NCBI GenBank assembly: GCA_043381765.1
Contig: JBHJMP010000516.1
Location: 1 to 35,744, forward strand
DNA length: 35,744 nucleotides
Direction: 5' to 3'
From: Collodictyon triciliatum
Taxonomy: Eukaryota
The notes under the pieces are model-generated. The model was not told the origin of the DNA, searched no databases, and saw nothing but the letters and a program-made list of their open reading frames with translations. Shown here piece after piece: positions 1-12,131 of this stretch (positions within the stretch are counted from its first letter, which is position 1; each line of letters begins with the position of its first letter). A program made the position numbers and the translations under genes.

Positions 1-130
1 GTTTGTTTGTTTGTTTGTTTGTTTGTTTGTTTGTTTGTTTGTTTGTTTGTTTGTTTGTTTGTTTGTTTGTTTGTTTGTTTGTTTGTTTGTTTGTTGTTTG
101 TTGTTTGTTGTTTTTGTTTTTGTTTTTGTT
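1..130. repeat. (GTTT)n microsatellite grading into (GTTTTT)n
   Basis: Direct tandem repeat from position 1; it produces the spurious FVCL ORFs. Confidence 0.95.
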
Positions 131-294
131 TTCTGCTTGTTTGTTTCGTTAAAATCAGAAAGAAAAGTAAGCGATGTGGTTCATTTGGGTTTGTTTCAGC
201 ATAAAAATGAATCTGGTGAAGGTTCTAAAGGGTGAATTCACACTCGCCTTGAAAAAAAAAATACGAAGGAGGCTTTGGAATTAAAGACACAAAC

Positions 295-391
295 TTGGGT
301 GGAAGAACCGGCGCCCAATAACCGGTGCGAAGGTCTTTGGCAAAGCAGGCACAAGCATATTTTTTGGGAGCAGCTGAGTCAGTCGGTACAT
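295..391 (-). CDS. Candidate first coding exon of a mitochondrially targeted protein; gene would continue beyond the window start
   Basis: ATG at 391 gives MYRLTQLLPKNMLVPALPKTFAPVIGRRFFHP followed by a GTTTGT donor. It is basic, has no acidic residues and ends in an R-x-F-H presequence-like motif. No downstream exon identified. Confidence 0.35.
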
Positions 392-958
392 TCTCAACAA
401 GAGCCACTGAGCCTACATATATCCAGTCATCGGTTCTGAGCAGGGCAGGATGTCCTCAGACGAGAGAAAGTGCTTTAGATAAGTGAGTAACGCAGCACTC
501 TTGGCCCTCTTCCAGCGCCTCTTCTGTCTGCAGAATCCAGATCTTCTGCTTTGTGCTGAACAATTAAGCTTTGCGTCGTGTGGCCGATCGCGTGCAACAA
601 AAGCGCGAAAACAGTGGAGCATTTCTGGAAAATAAGATAAAATGCCCTAAATTGGCTACAAAATGAGAGATAATCCACATATCATTACAAAATTGTATAT
701 AGAAATATACTGTATTATATTATGATTCTGACTCACAATATTTCTTTTCAATCGTTCTGATCTGGAAAACTCTGTTGCTGTGACTATATCTCGCTCGAAG
801 TGACACCACCTCGCCTCACACATCTTACTAATGCTCACAAGAACAGCCTTGCGCACACGGGAGATTGGAAGAAGTTTTGGGATTTATGGCTTTTTGTAAT
901 CTGCCCAGATATTAGTCCACCTTTCAGCACTTCTATTTCGTGCATAGTGGCGGCTCGG

Positions 959-2266
959 TCAAGCAGAAAGTCGTTCGACTTGGCGGGTGGCATCTTTCAG
1001 TTTATTCACCAGGTCAGTCATTTCCTAAAGCAAATCACACGCTCGCAATCAGTGACATTTAGTGTTTCTTTTCTTCTTCTTTTTTTTTTAGAAGATATAG
1101 ATGATGACACAATCAATGTGCATTTGGAAAGGGTGGATTGTTGATAGTTAGAGAACAACGATCAAATAGAGTTGAATATAAACCTCGACGCTGCAGTAGA
1201 ATGTTATGTTATCTGTAATCTTGGGTTGTTTTTCGACCTTGAGAGAGACCATGTAGATTGGGACATCAACTTTTTCAATATTGCTGGATTTCACATGATA
1301 GTCGAGCCTCCATTCGACACCAACGATATGACCGAAGCTAAAGGCTGTATTGGCCCAGTGGCATTATTTTTTTTCTTTTTCCAGTTGGACGGTGCGAAAG
1401 TCTAGCATAAGACATATTTGCTATTGTTGCAAAGAAAGTACAGTTTTCTAAAGCGGAAAAAACCTGTTGCCATCAGTAGCTTCTTTAGGGCAATTCTCTG
1501 TTGGTCATATTTCTGGGTCAGGAACTGAACTCGGGGGCCGTTGATTTTGTATTCCTCGAGTGACTGGCTGCAGGACGGGGCCATTTTATAAATATTTTTT
1601 TGGTTAACTTCAAGACTCTGCTTGACAATTCGTTATGCACTGTGCGATTTGCATATGATAATGCTAATCCCTTTGAATCAAACAAAGAGGAAACAATAAT
1701 TGTAATGTTTTCAATACCGATATATTTATTTAGTTATTAGTTGGATATTTAAAGAAACTTGCGACATGAAGTTCTTTCATAAGTAGCACCTCAATTGCTG
1801 TCCATCGTAGTTGAGTTTTGCAGCCTCGACAAACAGGGATGACAAAGCAGCATAAAGTTTCTTGACAACAATAGGGTCGGATGCAGGAACCGTAGACAGG
1901 TCTTGGTCGAACAAGTGAAAAACAAAAACCCAAAGAAAAAAATTAGCCTTTATCCTCATATTAGAAGCAAACACACAGATACCACTCGAAAAGAGATATG
2001 GATGCTATCGTCGATAGGGACTATAGGAACATCTCGATGCATAGATGTTTGTCATGTCTCTCACAGCTAGTTTTCTTTCATACGTGCAATCTTTCAGTTG
2101 ATCTGAAGGGGGTAGAAGGGTGTGAACCTTTAAGAGACTCCTCTCTGGTGGCGCGCAGTAAGGTAGACAAAACAAAAGGGACGATCTCCTTGAGCAGCAG
2201 ATCGGTTACAAGCGCGGTGTCATTCAGTAAAGCAAAGCTGTCCGAGATCTCTGGAGGAAGGTTCAT
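959..2266 (-). CDS. COMMD3: COMM domain-containing protein 3 (CCC/Commander complex), about 5 exons
   Basis: Spliced translation MNLPPEISDSFALLND...ESLK|DLSTVPASDPIVVKKLYAALSSLFVEAAK...|SLEEYKINGPRVQFLTQKY...|FGHIVGVEWRLDYHVKSSNIEKVDVPIYMVSLKV...ITFYCSVE|EMTDLVNKLKDATRQVERLSA*. This matches the COMMD3 pattern (WRLxY, FxCSxExxxDLVxKLKDA). Confidence 0.92.
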
Positions 2267-2738
2267 CTTTTCCTAACTCTTCTTGTTATTAGTGCGGGTT
2301 GGGAAGCTAGGGCCGAGTTGCTTTGGTTTGACATGTGGATAAATGAGTCTGTATTGATAAACAAAGAAAAAGAAGAGGAAAAGAAAAAAAAAACGGTTGT
2401 AGACGCAGCACCCAAAGATTGCTACGGTCAATTCTCAAAGGTTTCCACAGCCTGCTCCGAGCGACGCACGAGAGGCGATTGCCGATGCGATGGGTGGGAT
2501 CGAGTAAAGCAAATCGCTTGCATAAAGGGCGTTTGCCACACAACAAAGGGCAGCTTCGGATAATTTATATTTTCCAGAAATAGGATAAACGAAAACGCTA
2601 CAGGCTGGCACGCAGGGTTGGCAAGGCGGCCTCGGGAGCGCGCCATTAACATCTTGGAAACTCAAAGTCAAGTAAAGAAGCACCTCGATGGGATGCTCGT
2701 TGATTTATGCAATTCAGTTGATGGGGCCCTTGGATCCC

Positions 2739-5700
2739 TTAATTGAAGAGCATGTGGCGGTTGCTCGATTTCCCGTTGGATAGCGGAGCCAACTTGATTT
2801 CGAAAGTGCGAATCTCCATGGGTTCAATGCGGACGCTCGAAATCGGGGCGTCGCCATTTAGGTTGTGAAATCCTGTTTTATTTGTTACAATGAGGGACAA
2901 TTAAATCGAATTGCAAAATATATATATATGTATATATATACACAAGATCGGTGTATTACTAAGAGATAGTGGGGCAATCATATAGCCCAATAAATATGAG
3001 GGGAAAGGATACATTTGTCCATTTGTGATGCTTTAAAGGAGGCAAATAAATGAGCTAACCTGATAAGTTCTGTTCCGTGGCTGATATAACCTAAATATTC
3101 CATCAAAGTCAATTATAAATTGGACAAAGAATATTTAAGTGGAACAAACTCTAATTTTTTTATTTTTACTATACTCTTGTCCCATTCATAATCATCGATT
3201 GGCACTACACACCCTGTAGCGAGCGAACATTGCACTAAGGTCGATGGTCACGGGTGTAGACATGATCACATCTTCTCCAGTCTCGTATAAGTGTTGCAGG
3301 CGAAGAAGAGCAGCATTTGACCCCTAGCATAAAATAAATTTGAGACAAGCTGCAGGCAAGGGCATATATACAGATAATAATGAAAACAAATAGGAAAACA
3401 AAGATGAAAAGGAAAAGAGAAAAGAGAAAAGGATGAAATAAGATAAAAATGTAAATAAAATGAAGATGGAATACTATAAGAGCAATCCAAGAATAAAACT
3501 AGACTAAACAAGTGTAAAATACTGGATTCCGGGAAGTGAATGTCATCAGATGAATATTCTCAGGAATTGAATTTCTCAGAGCAGATAGTTCAGTGAAGTA
3601 ATTTGAAACCCATACTTTAGAGCTATGGAAGAGTAAAATAAATCAAATAAATCAAATAAATCAAATAAATCAAATAAATCAAATAAATCAAATAAATCAA
3701 ATAAATCAAATAAATCAAATAAATCAAATAAATCAAATAAATCAATAATACCACAAAAATAAATGGATTTGGATGGAAAATTAACATATCATGACTGGTA
3801 TTTTGTTTGATTTATGTAATTTACTCGGTAGTATGCGAGAAAAATGGAAGAAGGCTATATTCCAAGTCGTTGGATAGGATGCGATGATGTGTTGATTGTA
3901 GAGGTGTCTCCACAATCCAATAGTTTGTGTAGTAGATTTTGCTATTAATCACACAAACGAAGGATTAAGTACAAATACTGATTCAACAAGATGGAAATGA
4001 AAAGAAATGAAGATTAATGAACTGACGTTTCGTCATTCAAAGGTTCGCCTACACCCCTGTAGTCATCGAACTTGCAGCGACGATGTACAATTATCTCGAT
4101 TGATCCCTAGTGACAAAACAACAAAACAACAAAACAACAAAACAACAAAACAACAAAACAACAAAACAACAAAACAACAAAACAACAAAACAACAACAAC
4201 AAAAAAAAAACCTTATTGATTTATAGTCAAAGAAATAATATATTATACATATTTCCCAATATCTTCCACTTACAGGGGTCAGACTAGCAACAGCCACAGA
4301 ACGGTCAAATAAGATGGTAAGCTGGATTTGGTTGTCTTTAATATACGAACGTGTGGTAGCTGGGTAGAAGTTACCACTATATAAAACAATAAATTGTATC
4401 GGTTGATTTAAAGCTTCAGGCCTCATGTGTAATAAGTTTAAAACTTTATGGTCTTGACTCTAGTTATATTTCTCAAAATAATAAATGATAAAAAATACCC
4501 TATTTGGGCACCCGGATCGCCATCTCCCGGTCTTCCACTGGGATTGTTTCTAGAGCAAATAAAATTTTCAAAAAGGTAGAAATTGTACTATAAAATTATA
4601 ACACAGTAATCTTCACTGTCCATTGAAAGAAATAAAAATACAGAAATAAAGATAATACAATAAGAATCATAACATCGAGGATATTAGATATTTATTAGCT
4701 CAATATTGCTTTCTAAAAATATGTTTAAATAGGACCATAAAAACACATTGTCAGAGGTCCTAATTTTCGCACTTATCAAGAACGGAACATATAAAATGTA
4801 AAATATTAAAATTATTAAAAAGGACAAATATAATGGATATAATATAATATAATATAATATAATATAATATAATATAATATAATATAATATAATATAATAT
4901 AATATAATATAATATAATATAATATAATATAATATAATATAATACAAGAAAAGAAGAAAAGAAGAAGAAAAAGAAGACTTATACTACCATGAATTACATA
5001 TATTTACATTCTTTCCTGGGTTTCAAGACCATTGCTATCAGTGTATAATTTGTTGCCAGACTGAATATTGGTTGAGAAACGGGACACAACTTCATTTCCA
5101 TTGTTCAATGGACCGACTTCACCTGATAAGATGCATTTTGACCGTCTTTGAATCGAATAAAGGAAAAAAAAAAGATGCATTTTGACCGTATAATTCACTT
5201 TCTGTCACAAGCTTTCATAATTTAAACTCTCATTTTTCTATGAAGTTGCCCACCATATTGAAAATGAATTTTATTTACCTTCGTTTTCGATGTATGCTTT
5301 CGATAAACCACGATAAAGACGTACTGCCTACAGAATAAATTTCACAATTGAGTTGCTTGATGGAGAGTTATGTGCTCGTAATAAAAAAAAATCAGAGTGT
5401 CCAACCTATCAACAATATCACATCGACAATTAGAAAACTGAGAAGAAAACTGGATATATTGGGAATAATTGCCTGCTTTATATTTGTACCCCTCCAAGTA
5501 AAAACGATTTCAGACACTATAGCGCCCTATATAACACTTAATTAGCAACGCAAGTAATATATCTCTTGAAATGTATTCGAGGGGCAAGTAAAATTTGTGC
5601 AACCACCTTGATGATAATAACCGAAGGCAAATTTTGAGATAGGAGGGTAGCCGGCCCGTTAGGATGAAAAATGTACGCGCCTATCGATTAGGAGCATCTC

Positions 5701-6308
5701 AACGCACGTATTGATTTATAGAAAGGTATTTCGTTCATCATAAAATTAACGTATATATATTTAAAATATTCAAATACCTGAGGGTTGATAAGAGGCAGAC
5801 TCGTAATTGTAGAAGTTCTTCAAAATTATTTCAAACATTATTATTATTCTTTTTTTAAAAAAACCCTTGTTATCAACCAACATGGTTGTATCCTTGGTAA
5901 TGGTACATGACAGTTGAACAATTTTATCAGGATAGGGTGTGATTTCATACTTGCGTAAAGTTAATAGATGAGCGTGTGCGAAGGACATTGACACTGGTGA
6001 TAGCCTTTCGAGCACCAGAAACTGAAATTCTAATTTTCCCCGTAATTTTACATTTTAATAAAATTCACCAAAAATTTAACAGAAAATTTGTATCTGTACC
6101 GTACTGATTCAAATATGTGACATACTTATTAAATTAAATAGTTAGGATACTCCCAATATTACCTGTAATATTCATTTTCTATATCATGGTCAATGTCTCC
6201 CAGTTCAATAGTGTCAATAGGCAGACTGGATCCAATAAATTGATGAATTCTTAAGATAAACTCTCACTCCAAATGTTTATTATGTAAAAATAAATTCAAG
6301 GCGAAATG

Positions 6309-6363
<55 letters not shown>

Positions 6364-6525
6364 NNNNNNNNNNNNNNNNNNNNNNNNNNNNNNNNNNNNN
6401 NNNNNNNNNNNNNNNNNNNNNNNNNNNNNNNNNNNNNNNNNNNNNNNNNNNNNNNNNNNNNNNGTGGAAAGAAAAAAAAAAAAAAAAAAAATAAAAAAAT
6501 GATAAAAAAAAAACAAAAAACAAAA

Positions 6526-6575
<50 letters not shown>

Positions 6576-8621
6576 GTAGACCCAGCAGAAACAAAATATG
6601 TCGTAAATCCCATTGCAGGCACCTCAGCAGCAAAGTAAAGAGTATATTCAGTTCCATTGAATGCTGGGTGAATCTAAGGTCATTTTTTTTGGTTGAATGG
6701 TTTATTTCATTTTTTCTTATATAAATTCAGTGTTTATGTGGTACAAAGTAATTTTTCATCGATATGCAAAAGATAATAAAGAGTGCCTGCGTAGCCACAA
6801 TACTTCCTTGAGAGTCTTCAACTTTAACTTGGGGCACTGGTATGGGAATTTTTACAAAAGTCTTTCTGGCTGACCCAAGAGATGAGTATACGATTACGGG
6901 TGTTATCAAACCGGACTGCAAGCTTAAATTTTTTTATTTGGTTAATATTATATATTTCAATTGTTTTTAAATACAAAGGATGGTATCAATATATATTTTT
7001 ATTATTTTATTACATTATTATTTTTAATTTATTATTATTATCACTATTTACTTTGCGCGAAGTTTTGTAGCTTCAGCTGTTGTATTCGGTACAACAGAGC
7101 CAGTCTTTGTGAGCAACATCGATATCATATCTCCAGCAACCTTACATTTCCTCCGACTTATTACAACCGACAGCGTTTCGGGTGAGCAAATATATATATT
7201 TCTGATTTATGAGTACCTGCTTCGAATTGGAAATCCCTGTAGACAAACGAACGATATAATCCTAATCATCCACACGTATGTATATTAAAATATGTATGAA
7301 TTCATTAACATCATCAGGAATGGTAATTTAATTATTTTAATTATTTTGTTTTTTTGCTGACATTTGCCACAACTCTTCTTTCCGTTCCGGTGATACCATC
7401 ATGGTGTTGGAGAACAGCTGTGGCATCCCGCAGGAGGGCAACTTTGGAATTCTATAAATAACAAACTCGCTATGGTGAGAATGTTACGGACAGTATAAAG
7501 AAAACTATGCAAAACCGATTGTAAAACAGAAAGAATGAAACAAATACTAAAATATAAAAATAGTAACCACGGGCGTAACTGTGGTAACCATGGAAATTAT
7601 AGAAACTATAATATGTAGAATATGATAAACATAATTAATATAATGTATTGGTGTAAAATTATCATGATAGCATTTCATACTTGAGTATTTTCATCCACAA
7701 TACGTTCCGTCCGTGCCATTTGAAAGAGGATTTCTGTTCCATGGAGTATGGATTCGCCTATTCGTCCATATCCTGATATGTAAACATATTTTTTCTCCTT
7801 TAATTCAGATTCAAAGTTAATGTATAAACACATTAGAATTGAGTGAAATAATTGTGGAAGAACGAAGACGCACCTTTCAGCGCAGGGAGACTAGTGTAGT
7901 ATCCTATATTATATTATAATCTGAACGATATTCTTAAAATAAATATATAAAATTCACCGCAGTTACACAATAAAAATAATGCAAACCTGTCCAGTATGAC
8001 ACTGAATTATCAGCATATGGAAAGAAATCCTTTTGCCATAATGGCCAATCACGCCCAACCTTTCACATTTCAAAATTGTAATTCTTCATTATATGATATT
8101 GTGCCACTTCATTTCGAATTTTTCAAAGACGTTGTAATCTAGTGCTCAAAAACCTGCTTCGTTGCATTGATGTAATCTGAAAGTGTGGAGTAATGAACCC
8201 TTGCATTTAAACGGGCAGAATTTTCATTAATATAATCCATAAGTAAGTCCAGATTCTTGAATACCATCCTCGCATTCTGAATCAAATCAACAGACAATAT
8301 TTTTCATTTAGTAAGTTTTAGATAATAGTACTAAAAAAAACCTTACCAACTCATTTTTAGATTTAATCGTGCAAATAAGTGCACTCGAAATACTTGTTTG
8401 CTTCATCGTTATGTTGGTTCTTTTTGTTTCAAAAAATTAGGCAGAATTGTTACCTGAAACGTAAAATCGCAACCAAATGGGATGAGAATATTAGGCGTTC
8501 GATAGTATGCAGCACGTTCTCGTGCCATTTGAAGAAATTCTGCTGCTCTTTCTATTTTAAATACACCAGAATAAATTGAGAATATGGGGAGCACTAACCA
8601 TTTTATGAAAATACTGAAAGC

Positions 8622-8718
<97 letters not shown>

Positions 8719-10226
8719 TTTTAATAGAATAAAGAGAAAAATAAATAGAAGCAATCAAAATCATAAGTATAAGAAATAAAGTGGATTTTAAAATAGGAAA
8801 TCTAAGTGACACGAATGATTAGTGTTCCTACCTTCAGCATTTGATTTCGTCACATATGATGGTGGCTTAACGATAACTGGAGGATCTCCGTCTCCTTCGG
8901 GAAGATTCTGAAAGTAGTTTTAAACCACAAGTAAGGTTCTCCGGTATTTTTGTATCATTATTTTGTATGTTCACGTTGATGTAATCAAATTCATGGATTA
9001 AATACGTAAAAAAAAAAAACATTAAAATAATCCAACAAAAAGAAAACGAAAAGAATTCCCAAACAAAGATTTTAGCAAATAAGAAAAATTCTTATTTCGT
9101 CAGTAGTTGTATAAAATTCAAAATACTTGAGTCACACCATGCTCCCAACTGAAGCCTGATGGTGTGCAATAGTGATTGTCCATAATGTGGGTGAACATGT
9201 CCTTTCTTGAACCGTGAGAACGAGCGCCCCTCCATGTGAATTCCATCGTTTTATTTTTCATGAATTCTCCCTATTTTTAAAAGCTTTCTTAAATAAAAAA
9301 TGGTATCATTACCAAACATATTTTCTCTTCATTGATTACGAGGGCATATATCAGAATAATTATTGTCAGGATATTTTCCCCATGAAAATTGACATATACG
9401 ATTTACACCAAGTTTGATTAACCTTCAATCTGAAGTCAATTCGATTGATAACGTGTCCTTCAAACCCGATATCGTGGTACAGCCAAGGCAAGCTACTAGA
9501 TGCTCCAAAGGGATCTTTCGATTTCAAGGAGGGTTACAATAAGCCGGAAAAAATATTGAAAAGGTACACATATTTTAAAATAAATGTTTACCATGTATTA
9601 AAAAGAAAGCAGGAAACGAATAAAAAGTCCAATACAATAAGTGAATGCGAACCAATATGCCATCCAACTTTTGGCATTATACCAAAAGTTTCCTTCAAAA
9701 ACTTATGACCCAGAGTAAGTTGGTTCACAATACCGTCATATCGAGTGGATGCCTCATCGTGCATACACATTCCTGGGGTGGGGAAACGAATGAAAATAGT
9801 GAAAGAAAATCGTATGTAAATGATAAATCATACATAACATTTGAGTCAATCCCTAATCACTAAAATGAAACACGATTTACACAAGTTTCATATGAATCAC
9901 ACTAGTTGAATCTCAGTTTCAGACACCATCCCTTACCCCCGAGAATAAACTCCAATTGTCCATTTTCAACAAGGCCTTTTACTTCAGCTTTACGAAGATC
10001 AGTTTGTTGGTGCCACCATCTTTCGAAAAAGGCACTATAATAGCCATAACATTTTTTTTAAAAAAAATAATAATCATTTACAAGATATTATACTTTCTTT
10101 TCTTTTTAAGAAAATTTTTATAGATATCATAGATAAATTGGAGAATAAACTGGGAAGGACAATTATATAATTGAACCCCTGTAAATAAAATTTACAAAAA
10201 CATTTACTAACTAAAAAAATACACTG

Positions 10227-10324
<98 letters not shown>

Positions 10325-10897
10325 CATAAAGAAAGTAATGTAATAATGCCAACATAAATTAGCTACCTATCCAGGTACCGTTTATGAAACACCCATATCA
10401 CAATCCAAAATAAAAAAATCAAAGGATATAAAAGCTAGGCAGAAAAGATGAACAGAAAGAATTCATTACATTTCGACTTGAATGTATTTTCTCTTAGGGT
10501 TTGCAAGCAACTCGGTGACTACATTATCAATAATATATTGAACCTCGAGCACAAAGTAGTCCTACAGAAAAATATCGCAGGTTTCAAATAGGATAATTAA
10601 GATTAAAAAAAAAAACATCCTCTTTAAAAGACTTTTAAGGTGGTGTGAGCGATTATACGTCAAGAAAGATATCCAGTGTGTGCTAAACTCCAAGTCACAT
10701 AAATAAAATCGGGCACAAATGCCAAATCTACTCACGTCAATGGTCATGAGCCAACCGACATCGTCATGGGAGTGGGCAACAACCCACACATCCAGAAACT
10801 CTTGGTTGGTGAGCGGGATCGCAGTCACACTTGAACTGGGCGACGTCACGAAGGCAGCACACAAAGCGAGGCCGAAAAGTAGGCAGATATTGCGCAT
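2739..10897 (-). CDS. Lysosomal/secreted alpha-mannosidase, glycoside hydrolase family 38, MAN2B2-like, many exons
   Basis: Signal peptide then HSHDDVGWL (Zn site). Also MHDEA, GWHIDPFGAS (nucleophile Asp), NILIPFGCDF, DFFPYAD..YWTGYYTS, QHHDGITGT, LYTDSNGLE, GNFYP, LLRLQHLYE and C-terminal IEPMEIRTF with TAA at 2739. Confidence 0.95.
3638..3745. repeat. 9-bp tandem repeat (AATCAAATA)n, intronic
   Basis: Direct tandem repeat. Confidence 0.9.
4114..4200. repeat. (CAAAACAA)n tandem repeat, intronic
   Basis: Direct tandem repeat. Confidence 0.85.
4838..4943. repeat. (ATAAT)n microsatellite, intronic
   Basis: Direct tandem repeat. Confidence 0.92.
6313..6570. other. 100-N assembly gap (6364-6463) flanked by poly-T/poly-A tracts
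   Basis: N run and homopolymers inside a mannosidase intron. Confidence 0.95.
8622..8717. repeat. (AAT)n microsatellite, intronic
   Basis: Direct tandem repeat. Confidence 0.95.
10230..10322. repeat. (AAT)n microsatellite, intronic
   Basis: Direct tandem repeat. Confidence 0.95.
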
Positions 10898-11551
10898 AGC
10901 CGATGCTCCAGAAAATGAGTTCGCCTTTTCTTTTCTTTTCAGTGGGGATCAGAAATATGTTGCTAGGCAGTGCGCTGCGCAGCTGAGGCCAGATAGGATA
11001 GTTTGGTGGCAGCCAGGGGAGCAAGGCAAGGATGTTTCTCAGGAGGAAGGAGAAAAAAAAAAAAAAAGAGTACGCGATTCAATGTCACTCTAGTGAAAAA
11101 TAAAGGTGCATATATTTTTTTCTGCTTCATAAAATGGTGTATATGTCGACTTGGTGAAGAAGAAAAAACACTCAAAACGTCGCCAGAAACTGCGCAAATG
11201 CGTAATCGCGCGTAGCTTTGACATTTGGCAGCCTCCTTTTCAGACAGCGGTTTGTTCAAGGCAAATATAGGCTGTAAGAAACGCGAGTCGATACAAATAA
11301 GTAGAACGTAGACGCGTAGAGATGAAAAACAAATGGTGTGAATTTACACTTCAGTTGTGGTTCGTTTATTTGACCTTAGGAAATACATCAGTACACGTTT
11401 GCAGGTAAAATGTGCACAGCCTTATGCAAGCCATCGCGTTGTGGGAGGCTATTCGAGAGACGAAGCCGCCGCGAAGTAAAACCGATGGTGAGATGTTGAA
11501 TGGATGGAAGAGCCGTAATGGTAGGTCGGGTGATTCTGTGCGAAGATAAAT

Positions 11552-11553
11552 AA

Positions 11554-11624
<71 letters not shown>

Positions 11625-11626
11625 AT
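11552..11626. repeat. (AAAT)n microsatellite
   Basis: Direct tandem repeat. Confidence 0.92.
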
Positions 11627-11706
11627 TTGTGTGTATGATAGAAAACATCTTGCCGAACGGTTGTATGTCATACGTCAATATCAGAAGGTGTGAATATACA
11701 CAGCTG

Positions 11707-12035
11707 CTAGTGGGTGTCCAGCAGATGGTTCAACCAATTTTCTTGCTGCTTCTTATTTTCGAACTACACAAGTAAAGAAGATAATATCAGGAACAAAGTG
11801 CGAATGCCCCACCTATGAAAAGGGCATAGATTCTGCACTATAAAATATAACATAACTTTGAATCGAATAAAGGGAAAAAATAGAACATAATTTAGCATGT
11901 CTCTACCAGTATGTAATAAAATTTAGAGCCGGAGTTGATTCTCAGGCATTCTGCGTTATTTGAGAAATTCCATGGCGATATCTTTTTTTTTTGGCGTATA
12001 TTTTTAGGACGTATGGTTGAAACAGAATGCCAGTA

Positions 12036-12131
<96 letters not shown>

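Noticed and set aside
475-856. Two-exon model MCEARWCHFERD..|KCSTVFALL..
   Set aside because: Plausible splice sites, but no recognisable product and no consistent continuation; cannot be supported.
2280-2738. GC-richer segment with short ORFs or a possible ncRNA between the mannosidase stop and COMMD3 start
   Set aside because: No recognisable protein or RNA motif; consistent with 3'UTR plus promoter.
11366-11680. Possible extra exon after the Roco stop (GCACAG acceptor after the TTTA repeat)
   Set aside because: The PH domain already ends with a stop at 11707 and the translations are unrecognisable; at most a UTR intron.
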